NCBI RefSeq assembly: GCF_001194135.2
Contig: NC_068983.1
Coordinates: 77,802,718 to 77,844,133, forward strand
Reading direction: 5' to 3'
DNA from: Octopus bimaculoides
Lineage: Eukaryota
Length of the DNA: 41,416 nucleotides
Shown in pieces: positions 25,048-37,269 of the stretch (positions are counted from its first letter, which is position 1; each line of letters opens with the position of its first letter). The position numbers were made by a program, and so were the translations under genes. The notes below the pieces were generated by a model. That model made no database searches. It was not told the origin of the DNA and saw only the letters and a list, made by a program, of their open reading frames with translations.

Positions 25048-25213
25048 TGTATGCATAGAAACATTTTTGTATTTAATGTATTTAATACGCTTTATATATT
25101 GATATGTCTAATTCACTTATCCCAGCGTTTACCTCTATACCCGCTCAAGTTAAAATCTCTTGAGCACGAATAAGTATATTCTATATGGAGAATAGTTGAA
25201 TCTCATCGATGAA

Positions 25214-25216
<3 letters not shown>

Positions 25217-25264
<48 letters not shown>
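25217..25264. repeat. (TA)n microsatellite
   Basis: Directly visible. Confidence 0.97.
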
Positions 25265-25265
<1 letters not shown>

Positions 25266-27142
25266 CAATAAGAACATGGAGGGGGAATATGAGGTACTCA
25301 TCAACTTGCAGACACTGTATTCCGTTGATTAATCTGTTTAATTTATAACCAAAATGACAAAAAGACAATATAGAGACACTTATGACATACCATGTCATAT
25401 CAACAATTAAGATTTCAAATTCAAAGGACATTTAGCAATTGGAGAAGAGACAAAATCTTACAGCTGTTTTGGCCTAGCGTTTGCATGCCCCATTCTATCT
25501 CTATAGCTCCAGTACGCTGGAGTAATTGGTAGATGAAGAGGCCTAGTGAATCATGCATGTATCTCCATTGCATCATTTTCATCTGCGTGTGTGTGTGTGT
25601 GTGTTTTGTGTGTGTTTTATAAATCTCTCAAAACTTATTGTTTACATTTCAGCCGTAAAACTCATTAATATAGTACTCGATAATTAACATAACTATATTG
25701 CTTCCTCTCAAACATCGACTTTTATACACAACAAAAAAATTATTACAACATCGTAAAAGACAACGGTTTAAATGCTTTTGCATATTTAGTCACGGTCCTT
25801 CTTTAGATCGAGGTGCATTCCGGAGCTACCGAAGAATGATTCTGCTTCTTTGTTCTCTTTGCTAATAAAATCTGCCAAACATGTTCTCACAGTATTCTAT
25901 AATTTTAAAATATGATAAGAGACGAGTATATTAGATAATATATTAATGTGGTTTTATGTCTGATAAAAGAATCTACTTGCAACGTCTTTGATCGTATATC
26001 TTCTTAACCATGTCTGACATGAATTCAAACAACAACGAATTTCCGAAGTTGAAGTAATACACAGCAATTAATTATTGTAATCCACAGAAAAGGAAATATC
26101 ACCCCACCATAAGCTGATACTTTGTCTTTCCGTTAGAAATAATTAATAGATAATTAATCTGAGGGGTATGTTACCTTTTAGAAATTCCAGTAAGCTGCTG
26201 TTTTCTCATTGTTGCTTAAATAATTGTGCAACTTATTCATTACGGATCTGTTATTACTTCTTACTCTTAATCGTCAAGATTGTAAATACAAGTGCTCATA
26301 GTGCTCACTTCATTAACTTTTGAAGCATATCAACGAAATGCTCGTACTCAATATGCTCGTGTTTTTTTTTTTTTTTATCGAATTTAAGGAAATAATCCCT
26401 CTGCAATATTTTTTTTTCTTTAGGAAGACAGAATTAAAAATGCAGATGACATCAACTGATTAGCATCTGCAGAAATTCTAAATGAAGGCATTCTATTGAA
26501 GAATCTTACAGGAAAATTCGTGACGCAAAGGTTATGTGCTATTAATCACCCCGTTCCTTTTTGCATGGAAAATGACACTCAAAATAAACTTTTCAAACAC
26601 TGTCCAAGTAGAGATATTTCATAATATCTGCTGTAGTGTAAGTTCGACGATATTCTGTAGGTATCGCAACATAGTGTCGTACAATACTTTTTGTTTCTAA
26701 TGAAAAATTTCATACCTATATAAATTTAGAACCTTGTGCATCTGTCAAGATATCAAATATGTTTTTAAATATATGTGAAAAGATCATCACTTCACCTCCA
26801 CTGAAATAACAATATTGCTACTAACAAACAGCAGACAGCTTCCTTTCTGAAGCCATGTAATAGGTATCTCAATATAAGATATATAAAAGCGTTTTACAGT
26901 TTATAGATCTGCCATTCACTTTCCAGACTTTCAAAGTTTACTTCCTAAAAGTAACGGCTCTTCAAATTGCAAAATCTCCGTATCACCAGGACACACATCA
27001 CATCTCACGATAAATTATTCACAACAATATTTACACGCTGAAATTCTTTTTCAATGAAGTTGGAATGTTTTTTCAATGAATTCGAAAGCAAATGGATAAT
27101 TAGACAGGAATCTTGAATATTTTGAAATATTTTATTTGTGCA

Positions 27143-27355
27143 AGGCGGCGAGCTGGCAGAATCATTACTGCGCCGGAAAAATGCTGAGCACTTCTTCCGA
27201 CTTTACCTTCTGAAATTAAATGCCACCGGGGTCGACTTTTGCTTTTCATTCATTCAGGATAGATAAAATAAGTACTAGTTTAACACTGGAGTCGATGTAA
27301 TAGAATTAGCCCGTACCCGAAATTTCTGGCTTTGTGCCAAAAGTTGAAACAAATA
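27143..27355 (+). mobile_element. tRNA-derived SINE (octopus-type), near full length, diverged
   Basis: ggcggcgagctggcagaatc (A-box-like) ... gaaattaaatgccaccggggtcgac (decayed B-box) ... gataaaataagtac ... ggagtcgatg ... ttgtgccaaaagttgaaac; related fragments at 3709 and 8538. Family identity is from recall, not from a search. Confidence 0.75.
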
Positions 27356-27429
27356 TGTTGTCTGTGTCTGTTACTGTTTTACTTTCCAGGAGCATGAACC
27401 TATGATATATCGATTACTGTCCGATGAAA

Positions 27430-28266
27430 CATTATGCCAACTGTGGAAAATATTTGCTTACGAGTAATTAGAAAACAATTCAACATTTAGAATGAATAAT
27501 CTTTTCAGCTATCTGTGCCTATTGTAAGCTTCAAAAAGTAATTCAACTTTGAAACGCTTTTGCAGATTATCTTATTGAAGATCGCCTGTTATGTATTTTA
27601 TCCTAAGATTTTCCACTGTCAGTTAAAATCTCTTCAGTTTCAACTGAGGAGATTTTACAACCAGTACCAGGAAATGTCCTAACGTATTTTAGTATTGATC
27701 AAATAATTAATGACAAAAAAGTAGATAACTACTACACGATAGAATTACTTAATTCATTTACTCCATGTGGAATACCACCTCACAAACTGAATTTCAAAGT
27801 AGAATCAATTGTAATGTTATTACATAATACATCAATGCAGCAAGGGCTATTTAGTAGAACTAACTAGAAATCGTTAACGTACATTGTAACTACAACAATG
27901 TTTGTTAATAAATGGAGCTTTGGCTATCGGGTGAACGTGGATATTTAGTTTAATTGGTTAGTAGCGAACAAAATTTGCTTTTTAATTTACAAAGATCTGT
28001 TTCCTGTTACGTTATCTTTTCATTTAAAAATGGTAATATGCAGGGCCAAGCATTTAATAAAATAGAGATTTGCTTACCGCAACCAAAATTGAGACAAGGA
28101 TATTTATTTGTTGTATTCTCTAGGACTAGAAAACTTATTGATACTTATTTGTTGCATTGACTAGGAATAGAAAACCAAAGAAAGAGTAGCTAACACCAAT
28201 AGGCCAGGAAAACAAAAAGAAGAAACTTATCACCAAAATTAACCTATACTAGGAAGTAGTAGATTA
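27430..28266 (+). mobile_element. Helitron RepHel PIF1-type helicase C-terminal pseudogene
   Basis: LWKIF; FADYLI; EILQPVPGNVLTYFSID...YTIELLNSFTPCGIPPHKLNFKVESIVMLLHN...GL; QGQAFNKIEICLPQP...GYLFVVFSR; TKINLY*EV, collinear with Helitron helicase motifs. Confidence 0.85.
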
Positions 28267-29044
28267 ATGCTACATGTTTTTGATAATGAAAATTAATGGA
28301 ATAATGTTTCAAATGATACAATGATCAAATAAATTTATTGTACCACAGTGCAATGTTATTAATTATCGATTTTCGTTAATATGGTTCTTCTATTGATTTG
28401 TAAATTATGCAAATCATATGTATTATACTAAGCGTATACCAATATTAATTCAAATCTTGATTAAGTAATATATATTTTTGTAATAATTCTTTCTCATTTA
28501 TCCATGTTAAATGTGAGTGTACAAATATATACAGCTGTACAACCATAATATTCCCAAGGATCCAACAACTGCATACTCAGATTTGCTAAAGCACTATCAA
28601 TGTAGTCGCACATTAAGAGAAAAAGATTATAGATGAGGTATTCAACTGCGTTCCATATGAAAAAGTGCTTAAGGCGTTTGCTACATACATCATTCTTTCA
28701 ATTCATTTTCAGTCATTATGAGAAGGCTGCCATAATAGAAATATAAATAGTCATGAACTATTACTTGTTCATTGATATTTCAGTATACCTCTTTCTAGAG
28801 TTCGCTCACCTCCTGATACAAGATAAAAGTAGTAAATAACAACATACAAGATAGAATAAATGATAATTGTATAACTATGAATATGTTTTACTGCTTCAAC
28901 TGCAAGATAAATACTACTTATGTAGACTTCTAACAATCTCAAGAAGTAACGACTTCCAAAATGAATAGAGGTTTTATATATTTTAGATTTCTCTTTAAAC
29001 TTACAACTATATTAAAGTTATTTTTCTACGGGTGCTGCCAGACG

Positions 29045-29063
29045 TTATTATTATTATTATTAA

Positions 29064-29115
<52 letters not shown>
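29045..29115. repeat. (ATT)n microsatellite (3' flank of Dong derivative)
   Basis: Directly visible. Confidence 0.97.
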
Positions 29116-30749
29116 GTTGTTCAGTAGTTTTATTTTTATAACGTGCTTTCACTTCACTACCGAGCGCAGCTCTGTGCGCCTTGGGTATGTGCTGTGGTTT
29201 GCTGTGATGCTCTTATGGTTACTGTATTGAAAGTGTTTTGCGTAGGATGTGTGCAGTGCCCAGTAGTGCAATTTTCTGTATGTTATATATATTTGTAAGT
29301 CCTGGTGTTTTTGTTATATATTTGTCTGAATATTTTTTTATTACACCTAAGTTTCTGTAATTCAATTGCTAAGTCCTGCGAGTTCGTTATTCATTCTGTA
29401 GCTCTGATATTGATTTGTTTTCATCATTTGGGCCTGTTCTCAGGGTTCCGACAATTATTGGAACTACTACCACTTTTTTCAGCGACTACAACGGTTTAAC
29501 CTCCCACGCTAACCTATCATATCTATTGACTTCTCTTTCTTCTTTATCGCATATCTTGCTGTCAGCTGAGCATGCTATATCTATGATCCAGCATCGTTTG
29601 CTTTCTTTCTCAATTAACACTATGTCTAGCTTCTTATTTTCTATCTCATTGTCGCACTGAATCATAAATCCTATAGGATCTTTGCATTATCATTTTCGAA
29701 AAGAACACTTACACGCCATTTTCTTCAATATCATAGCTCCTATTCAGTACCGTGTATTTTTGTTCGCTTTTAAGCTTTCCGTTCTCTTTTTAGTCTAACA
29801 CAGAAATATCCTTCGAGAGCGTATTTAACCCCGCCTGTATTCTTCTTTTCCACTATGTATCTTTTCTTTTGTCACTCCCATTATATTCCTTTTTCTTGAC
29901 ATCAACACCCACATTTTCTGCTACAGCAATACTTGCTGCCCTCATCAAATTATTTGCTTCTGTGATGTTTTTGTTCTGATGTATTTCAGAATTCATTCAC
30001 ATTTTCGTTTCTTGATTCAATTTCCACCGATCAAACTTTTAAAGGTTGCAAATAATGTCGCTACGTTTCTCTTGTAGCCTTGCCTTTACTCTGTCGTAGA
30101 TTTCTTTTGCCCATCTGCCATGTCACCATTAGTTGTATTGTCTTCTTCCGAACCACCTTTATGTTTCTCATCGGGCAAGCTATCACTGTTCCTTTCCTGT
30201 GGTGCATTAGAGATTTCACTTATGTTTTCTTCTATGAGATTACTTTTATCAGGAGGAACTGATATTGGAAAACCGCTGTTTTCCAATATCCGTCTTTTGT
30301 TAGCTTCGAGAACTACTTTTACGAACCAACGATTTCTTCTTATTGTTCTAGCTTCATCACATAATCTCTGTTCCGTGACTTGAAACACTCCTCTTTCTCT
30401 CCATTGATCAATATATACGTTGTCGGTATCCCCTAAGATAGACACCATTTTCGTCTACAGGGTTGCTTATGTAGTAACACTCCATGACCACAGCAGTGAC
30501 ATGTTTGTTCTGGTCCCTTGTTGGATAACGACATGCTGGAGTAGGACCAGTATCTCTGAGCCTGCCGAGTGTAACACTGTCACCATCAAGGGCTTCAGTT
30601 TCATTACCACAATATCATTCACAATATTTTGTCTTTTTCATTGTCATTCATATGAGGTAGCGAATATCAGGTTGCGCAATTACCAGCGTTTTTATTGTGA
30701 CACCATCACTAGATCAATCATAGCTTAGGGAGATTCCAACCACTTTCTT

Positions 30750-30751
<2 letters not shown>
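29116..30751 (-). mobile_element. Internally deleted, chimeric R4/Dong-type element between two (TAA)n tracts
   Basis: N-terminus VMECYYISNP...GYRQR..QWRERGVFQVTEQRLCDEARTIRRNRW; NITEANNLMRAA..VAENVG; WKRRIQ...DIS. It jumps at ~29700 to ENDNAKIL*D..IQCD...DIVLIEK..CWIIDIAC...VPIIVG, then at ~29350 to LGVIKKYSDKY...IQKIALLGTAHILRKTLSIQ*. Confidence 0.8.

Positions 30752-30815
<64 letters not shown>
30752..30815. repeat. (ATT)n microsatellite (5' flank of Dong derivative)
   Basis: Directly visible. Confidence 0.97.
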
Positions 30816-30816
<1 letters not shown>

Positions 30817-31134
30817 CATCATTGATATCATTATTTTAATTTTTTTTTACTATTTCTCATTGTTAATATTTCTGATCCGACATGAGTTTTGACTAATTAT
30901 AATTATCATTCTTACCACCATCACCATTATTACCGTCATTATTATTATTTCTATTTATTATCAAAAGGTATGATTAAATGTTGTCTAGTTTCAACTTTTG
31001 TCTTGTACTTGTGATAATTATAAATATGTGAGGATTTAAGGGAATTGTAGGAGCAAAAGGAAATCATCGGTGAATAGATTAAATTCCACAGGACTGTAAA
31101 TAGATTCGGCAGATGGTGAAGTGTTCAGCAATGG

Positions 31135-31766
31135 NNNNNNNNNNNNNNNNNNNNNNNNNNNNNNNNNNNNNNNNNNNNNNNNNNNNNNNNNNNNNNNNNN
31201 NNNNNNNNNNNNNNNNNNNNNNNNNNNNNNNNNNNNNNNNNNNNNNNNNNNNNNNNNNNNNNNNNNNNNNNNNNNNNNNNNNNNNNNNNNNNNNNNNNNN
31301 NNNNNNNNNNNNNNNNNNNNNNNNNNNNNNNNNNNNNNNNNNNNNNNNNNNNNNNNNNNNNNNNNNNNNNNNNNNNNNNNNNNNNNNNNNNNNNNNNNNN
31401 NNNNNNNNNNNNNNNNNNNNNNNNNNNNNNNNNNNNNNNNNNNNNNNNNNNNNNNNNNNNNNNNNNNNNNNNNNNNNNNNNNNNNNNNNNNNNNNNNNNN
31501 NNNNNNNNNNNNNNNNNNNNNNNNNNNNNNNNNNNNNNNNNNNNNNNNNNNNNNNNNNNNNNNNNNNNNNNNNNNNNNNNNNNNNNNNNNNNNNNNNNNN
31601 NNNNNNNNNNNNNNNNNNNNNNNNNNNNNNNNNNNNNNNNNNNNNNNNNNNNNNNNNNNNNNNNNNNNNNNNNNNNNNNNNNNNNNNNNNNNNNNNNNNN
31701 NNNNNNNNNNNNNNNNNNNNNNNNNNNNNNNNNNNNNNNNNNNNNNNNNNNNNNNNNNNNNNNNNN
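31135..31766. other. Assembly gap (N)
   Basis: Run of N. Confidence 1.
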
Positions 31767-31893
31767 TTTTAACTATTTCACCCTCTCCATACACAGCATA
31801 AATGTCGCGAGCAGCTTCTGCGGCCTTAAAACCTTGGTTAAAAGCAAAAAAGAGGTGTCGAAAATGCTCGTTTTTCTTAACTTGACATTCCAT
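31767..31893 (-). mobile_element. Mariner transposase N-terminus (runs into gap)
   Basis: MECQVKKNEHFRHLFFAFNQGFKAAEAARDIYAVYGEGEI matches the mariner HTH (H.RHL..F.F.QG..AAEAAR.I..VYGE). Confidence 0.85.
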
Positions 31894-32154
31894 TTTAATG
31901 ACCTGAAAACAAACAAATAAAAAAGAAAATAACTAAAATTAACTAGAAAAAATAATAGATTCTAAAATGATTCAAAAATAGAATTCTCGAAAAAAATAGA
32001 TTCCAAAATTTAAAAACCCAATAAATTCCAAAATTGTAATAAAACGGTGGGAGCTTAGTTGCCAGCGCAATATTAGCGTTTCTCTCTTCAGCTGCTGACT
32101 GGCCAGAGCAGCGAAAAACACGTCCAGCCGATGTCAAGACTGGCGCTCTTATAT

Positions 32155-32557
32155 CATTATTATAATTACTTATTGACTTACACAACTTCTAACGCTGGGG
32201 ATGTAATAGGGTGCCAGCTGTTCACTACCAGTGATCTAAGGTAACACTCATCAATTTTCGATCCTCATCTAGAGTATTCGAGCAGTTCCAAGTAGTACTG
32301 CTTTCTGCATGTGCTCCACCTTTATTACAGCCCCTATTTGTTCCATGTACTTCTCAAGATTTTTACTCTCTATTCTCAGGGCTCCGACGATTATTCGTAC
32401 TACTACCACTTTTTCATCGACCACAACTGCTTAACCTCCCTAGCTAAATTGTCATATCTATCGAATTTTCTTTATTCCTTATCGCATACCTTATTGTCAG
32501 CATCGTTTCCTTTCTTTCTCAATTAACACTATGTCTGTTTTCATATTCTCTATCTTA
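32155..32557 (-). mobile_element. R4/Dong-type RLE domain and 3' UTR, 5'-truncated
   Basis: DIVLIEKERKRC...DKE..FDRYDNLAREVKQLWSMK.VVVV.IIVGALR...NLEKYMEQIG...MQKAVLLGTARIL; nucleotide similarity to 29435-29650; short taataat tail at ~32155. Confidence 0.8.
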
Positions 32558-34620
32558 GAGGTGCTATCGTAATTGTGGACAAAAGTGAGTATATTTCGGC
32601 TTGTGAAGAAGTTTTAAATGACAAAACACTTCATATGAAGAATTACCTGTCGATCCAAACCCCAATTACAGAGAGGAACTTGACAAAATAATTCTGGAAA
32701 TGGAGGAAAACAATTTCGTTAATAAGGCTGAATCTAGGATTTTAAGGTCAGAGAGAAGAACACCTGTATTGTATGGTCTCCCTAAAATACAGAAAAAGTT
32801 CGAAAGATTTCCTCCAATGCGCCCAATTTGCAGCGGATATGAATGCTGTACGGCCGAAATTTCGGAATGGCTGGATGGCTTTCTACTCCCCGTCGCAAAA
32901 AGATCAAGTTCCTATATTCGGGATACCTTTGATTTTGTATCTAAAATCAACAACTTTTTCAAGCGCCGAGTCCGTATTGACAACTGTTTTTTGGTAACCA
33001 TGGATGTTTCTTCCTTATATCCCAATATTGACCACAATGAAGGGGTAGAAGCATGCATGGATGGCCTCGAAAACGGTCAAACAAAAGTATTCCATCAAAT
33101 TTACTCTGTAGATTATTGAGGTTTGTGTTAGAAAGTAACACAATGAAGTTTAGACAAAGATTTTACCACCATGGGTACCCCCATGGCAGTTAATTTTGCT
33201 AATGTCTTTATGACGAAATTCCAGACACAGTTACTGAATACATTCAAATCCCTTCATGGTCATGAACCAATACTCTGGTTACGGTTCATTGACGACGTAT
33301 TTTTTTGTCTGGGAAGGATCACAGGATATTTTAATGGACTTCTGGCATTTCTGTGATTGTTATGCTAGAAACTATGGCTTTAAGTACAACATAAAATTTA
33401 CGTTTAGTTTTTCAAAAACTAGCGTTTAATTTTTGGACACAAAAGTCAAGTTTTCTGGAGACAGAATAGTGACAGAGTTATTTTGCAAGCCAACGTCATC
33501 ACATATTTATCTCCACCGCCGCTCCGATCATCCACATCATCTTATTCGGTCAAATCCGAAATCCCAATTTTTGAGGATAAAACGGATTTGTACTGACATA
33601 GGGGATTACTGGAAACATGCAAATGCTTTTGCATGACATTATGTCAAACGAGGTTACAGTGCACCACGTTTAAAGGAAATAGCAAATGAAATAGCTAAGA
33701 TTAGCAACGATAGTCAGACCTACACGCATAATTTTAGCAAACAAAATAAAATAGATGACAGAATTCCTTCAGTGATTAAATGGCACCGACGTTACGCTGG
33801 CATTTCAAAAGCGTTGCATGAAAGTTACCAGCATGTGGCGAAAAAATATTCCAGTTTCAAACAGATATTTCCACAGCCGCCCATTGTAGCCTTTCGACGG
33901 AATAAGAACATAAGAGAATTGTTGATCTCTATATCTGACTCCAAGTAAACGAACATTAGAGTATCTGCACGCTGTACCTTAAAGAACAGCCGCAAGAGAG
34001 GTAAGCACTGTTCATTGTGCAACAACATGAGTGAAGTGAATTCCATCAGAAATCATAACAGAAATGTTATGATTTATACAGAAGGTGGAACAGGTAAAGA
34101 TTCCCATTTAGTGTACGCTGCAGAATGCACGAAACACAACTTGATTTATGTTGGTTGTACAACAGAACTATTAAACAAAAGGTTAAATGGGCACAGATTC
34201 GACATCAGGTACACGAACAGTAGTTCAACAGAACTTGCTGAACATTTCGTTTCAAGCGGCTGCAATTTTGAAGAAGACTCGAAAGTGCATATTCTGAAAA
34301 AATATTCTGAATCTACCCCACTTTCACTTCTCAGAATATATGAGGAGAAATATGTTTGCGGAGGAATGAATAAAATGGCAGGAGAATATCATCAAAATTA
34401 TACAAAACTGTTTGATTGAATATCCTTCTTTCTCTCTTTTCCTTTCCTTTCTTTCTGTTTTCTTCCTTTTTCTATTTTTTCCTTTCTTTCCACCTGTTAT
34501 AAAACTTAAAAACTGATGATGTCATTCCATCAACGTGTGGACGCTGGTTGCTCTCATTCATTCTTTAGGTTTAAATTTCTGTAATTTTGAATTTTTAATT
34601 ACCTCATATTTTGAACTTGT
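32558..34620 (+). mobile_element. Penelope-like element (lineage 2, Neptune-like by inference): RT plus GIY-YIG pseudogene with 3' UTR
   Basis: GAIVIVDKSEY; LYGLPKIQK..PMRPICSG; LVTMDVSSLYPNI; MGTPMAVNFANVFM; WLRFIDDVF; FLDTKV..TELFCKPT..YLH..SDHP; Cys-rich linker CSLCNNM; HLVYAAECTKHNLIYVGCT..L..RLNGHRFDI..AEHF; stop at 34419. Several frameshifts and stops. Confidence 0.92.
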
Positions 34621-34695
34621 CAAAGACAGACGTACTGTTGAAATATTGTTCAACTAGTAAAGTATCTATACAATCGAATAGCGCTCTTCGTCTTG

Positions 34696-34702
34696 ATTAT
34701 TA

Positions 34703-34782
<80 letters not shown>
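34696..34782. repeat. (ATT)n microsatellite
   Basis: Directly visible. Confidence 0.97.
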
Positions 34783-35322
34783 GGGGATATTATTCTTATT
34801 GGGATTATAGGAGGTTGAGGTCGTAAATACTAATAAGGACAACAACTACAGCAGCAATAGTTGTTTACTACACTTAGTTTTGTTTTGTTGATCCAGTTAT
34901 GCACCACAAGTGGTCTGCTAGGTATTGTAGTCCACTGTCATCTATACTGCAGTCTCTCGGGTATAAATACTTTGAACGCAACTCAAATTATAAACTGTAA
35001 TTTCGGATATACTCTCTTTTTAAAAGTAGAATTATTATTCACTGATGCATTAAGCGAATATGTACATGTCCGTGGCACCCAACATGAGTCACTCCAAACG
35101 GTAACATGGGACCGTAACTGTCTAAGTTATATTTACTTGCATCTCATCATGTGTTGAGATACAGGTATGATTAGGACTCTGTTGTATATGATCATCCCCC
35201 TGTTTGTTTTTGCCTGCATGGTAAACAGCAAATAATTTTTCACTTTAATGTAACCCTCTCACGCTTAATAATCACCTTCTCATCAGGTAATAGTAGATTA
35301 TGCAAAGACATTAGCCTTTCAC

Positions 35323-35547
35323 CTCAGTATCTCCACACAACAGCAATCTCAGTATCTCCACACAACAGCAATCTCAGTATCTCTACACAACAGCAATCTC
35401 AGTATCTCCACACAACAACAATCTCAGTATCTCCACACAACAGCAATGTCAGTATCTCCACACAACAGCAATCTCAGTATCTCCACACAACAACAATCTC
35501 AGTATCTCCATACAACAGCAATCTCAGTATCTCCACACAACAGCAAT
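35323..35547. repeat. 25-bp minisatellite x9 (ctcagtatctccacacaacagcaat)
   Basis: 225 bp equals 9 exact-length units with isolated substitutions and no spacers. Confidence 0.95.
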
Positions 35548-37269
35548 AACACCCTCGTGTGCACTGCATTCATGCCTTCACTAATACATGCACTCACTCT
35601 CACAAACGAAGTCGCAGTCATGTACACGTTAGCTATCTATCACGCTTTGTTATGAGTGATAATATCCATTTATTTATACTTCTATTCTCAACAACACGCA
35701 GGTAGGTACACACTCACACATTACTACCACATACCTACCCAAACACAAGCACACGATTCCTGTATATCTATATATAACTTACCTTTATTTTCGTATTCTT
35801 TAAACTACCTTCGCTCATTTTATTCATTTACTGGCACCCATCTTACAATAAAACACTAATTTGCAAACTATTGATCCATACAATTTTGTCTTTAATTGGT
35901 CATGCTAAATTTGCTATTAACTATACATATAGCGGCTTTTCATTGTTTTGAAGGGGCACCGCCTGAAACGATAAAGACCTCGTTTGCTGTTTTCTCCTAG
36001 CATAACTATATATTTTGTTTTCGTTGTTTTATGCTTGTGTATTTCTCTTGACTCTCTTAATAGAAACTGAAGACCTGATCAATGAGAGTTACTTAGAATT
36101 GGAATAAGTTTGATAATTATGTATCATTGTCATGATAGTGGAAAAGATAAAAGACCTTTTAGTTATAATATATTACTTGTTACAAGAAAGTATCTGATAT
36201 TGAAACAGATGGCTTTATTTATTTCTATTGATGTTAGGCATCAATGGAATAAGCTTCAACATTATAGTCATAAGAATAACAGACAATACCTTTGGAGGGA
36301 TTTAGGCTACATAAATACTTAAACAAGTGTTATGACAAAAATATCCAGAGGCTCGTAAGTGAGTTCCCAGATCTTCAATTTAGATATTTAATCATTTTAA
36401 TCAATTTCTTTCAAATAGATTATGTGCAGAAGTTGTTTATTTGAAATAGAAGATGATATGATCAACCCATTTCTAAGAAGGTAAATAATCTCAACATGGA
36501 ATATACTCACTAATCAGATAATTCTTTCTTTCACGATGTTTCTCTTATAAACTATTAACTATACGATCTTTGCTTGCTATATTAACATAGCTTTATGTTG
36601 TGTCGGATCGACATAGCTTATATTCTTATCCATGCTATAAATCTTATATTGAATAGAAAGTATTATGCAAGTTTTAATTGGTGGCGTATAGGAGAAAATG
36701 TCAAACAGCACTCAGTTATTTCCCTTTCCGTTTTCAGCTCGAATACAGCTGAAGTTGAATAGGCTTTTGTAACACCAGCAGTAGACAGCAAACTTACTAT
36801 TAATATCATCAACTGATTTGAGTCTCTGTGCCCTATCCATATATAATTATATATTGTCTAAATGAATAAGTTCAAATTCAGCGAGAAACCATATTTTGAA
36901 ATAGATATTCTACTCTCCAACTAGTTCAAGCGAATGAGTAAAAGATACTTAAAAAAATCTTAGTGGAGGTAAGACCATCAATGCAATAAGGTAATGACAT
37001 GGGCCATTCTATTATTGAGATATTCTACCCCTTTTTTTCAAAGCGACGAAGATATACTACGATCAGTTTGAAAATCTAGGTAGTTACTCACAGAGCACTA
37101 GCAACAGCAACCCAAACGTAATAGCGATACATTTCATTTACTAAGACGTAAAAGGTGCAAAAGATTTTTTGTAAATGCAGAAGACATCAGTTCTGCGATT
37201 TGAGATTTCAAAGGATGTTTTGTGCATTGTGAGGAAAAAACTTAAATAACTTAAAAGGAAGAACGACAT

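Noticed and set aside
31036-31893. 285-aa ORF as a complete mariner transposase
   Set aside because: Mostly N; the sequence on the far side of the gap (31036-31134) shows no mariner motif.
35323-35547. CRISPR-like array
   Set aside because: No unique spacers, and the context is eukaryotic.
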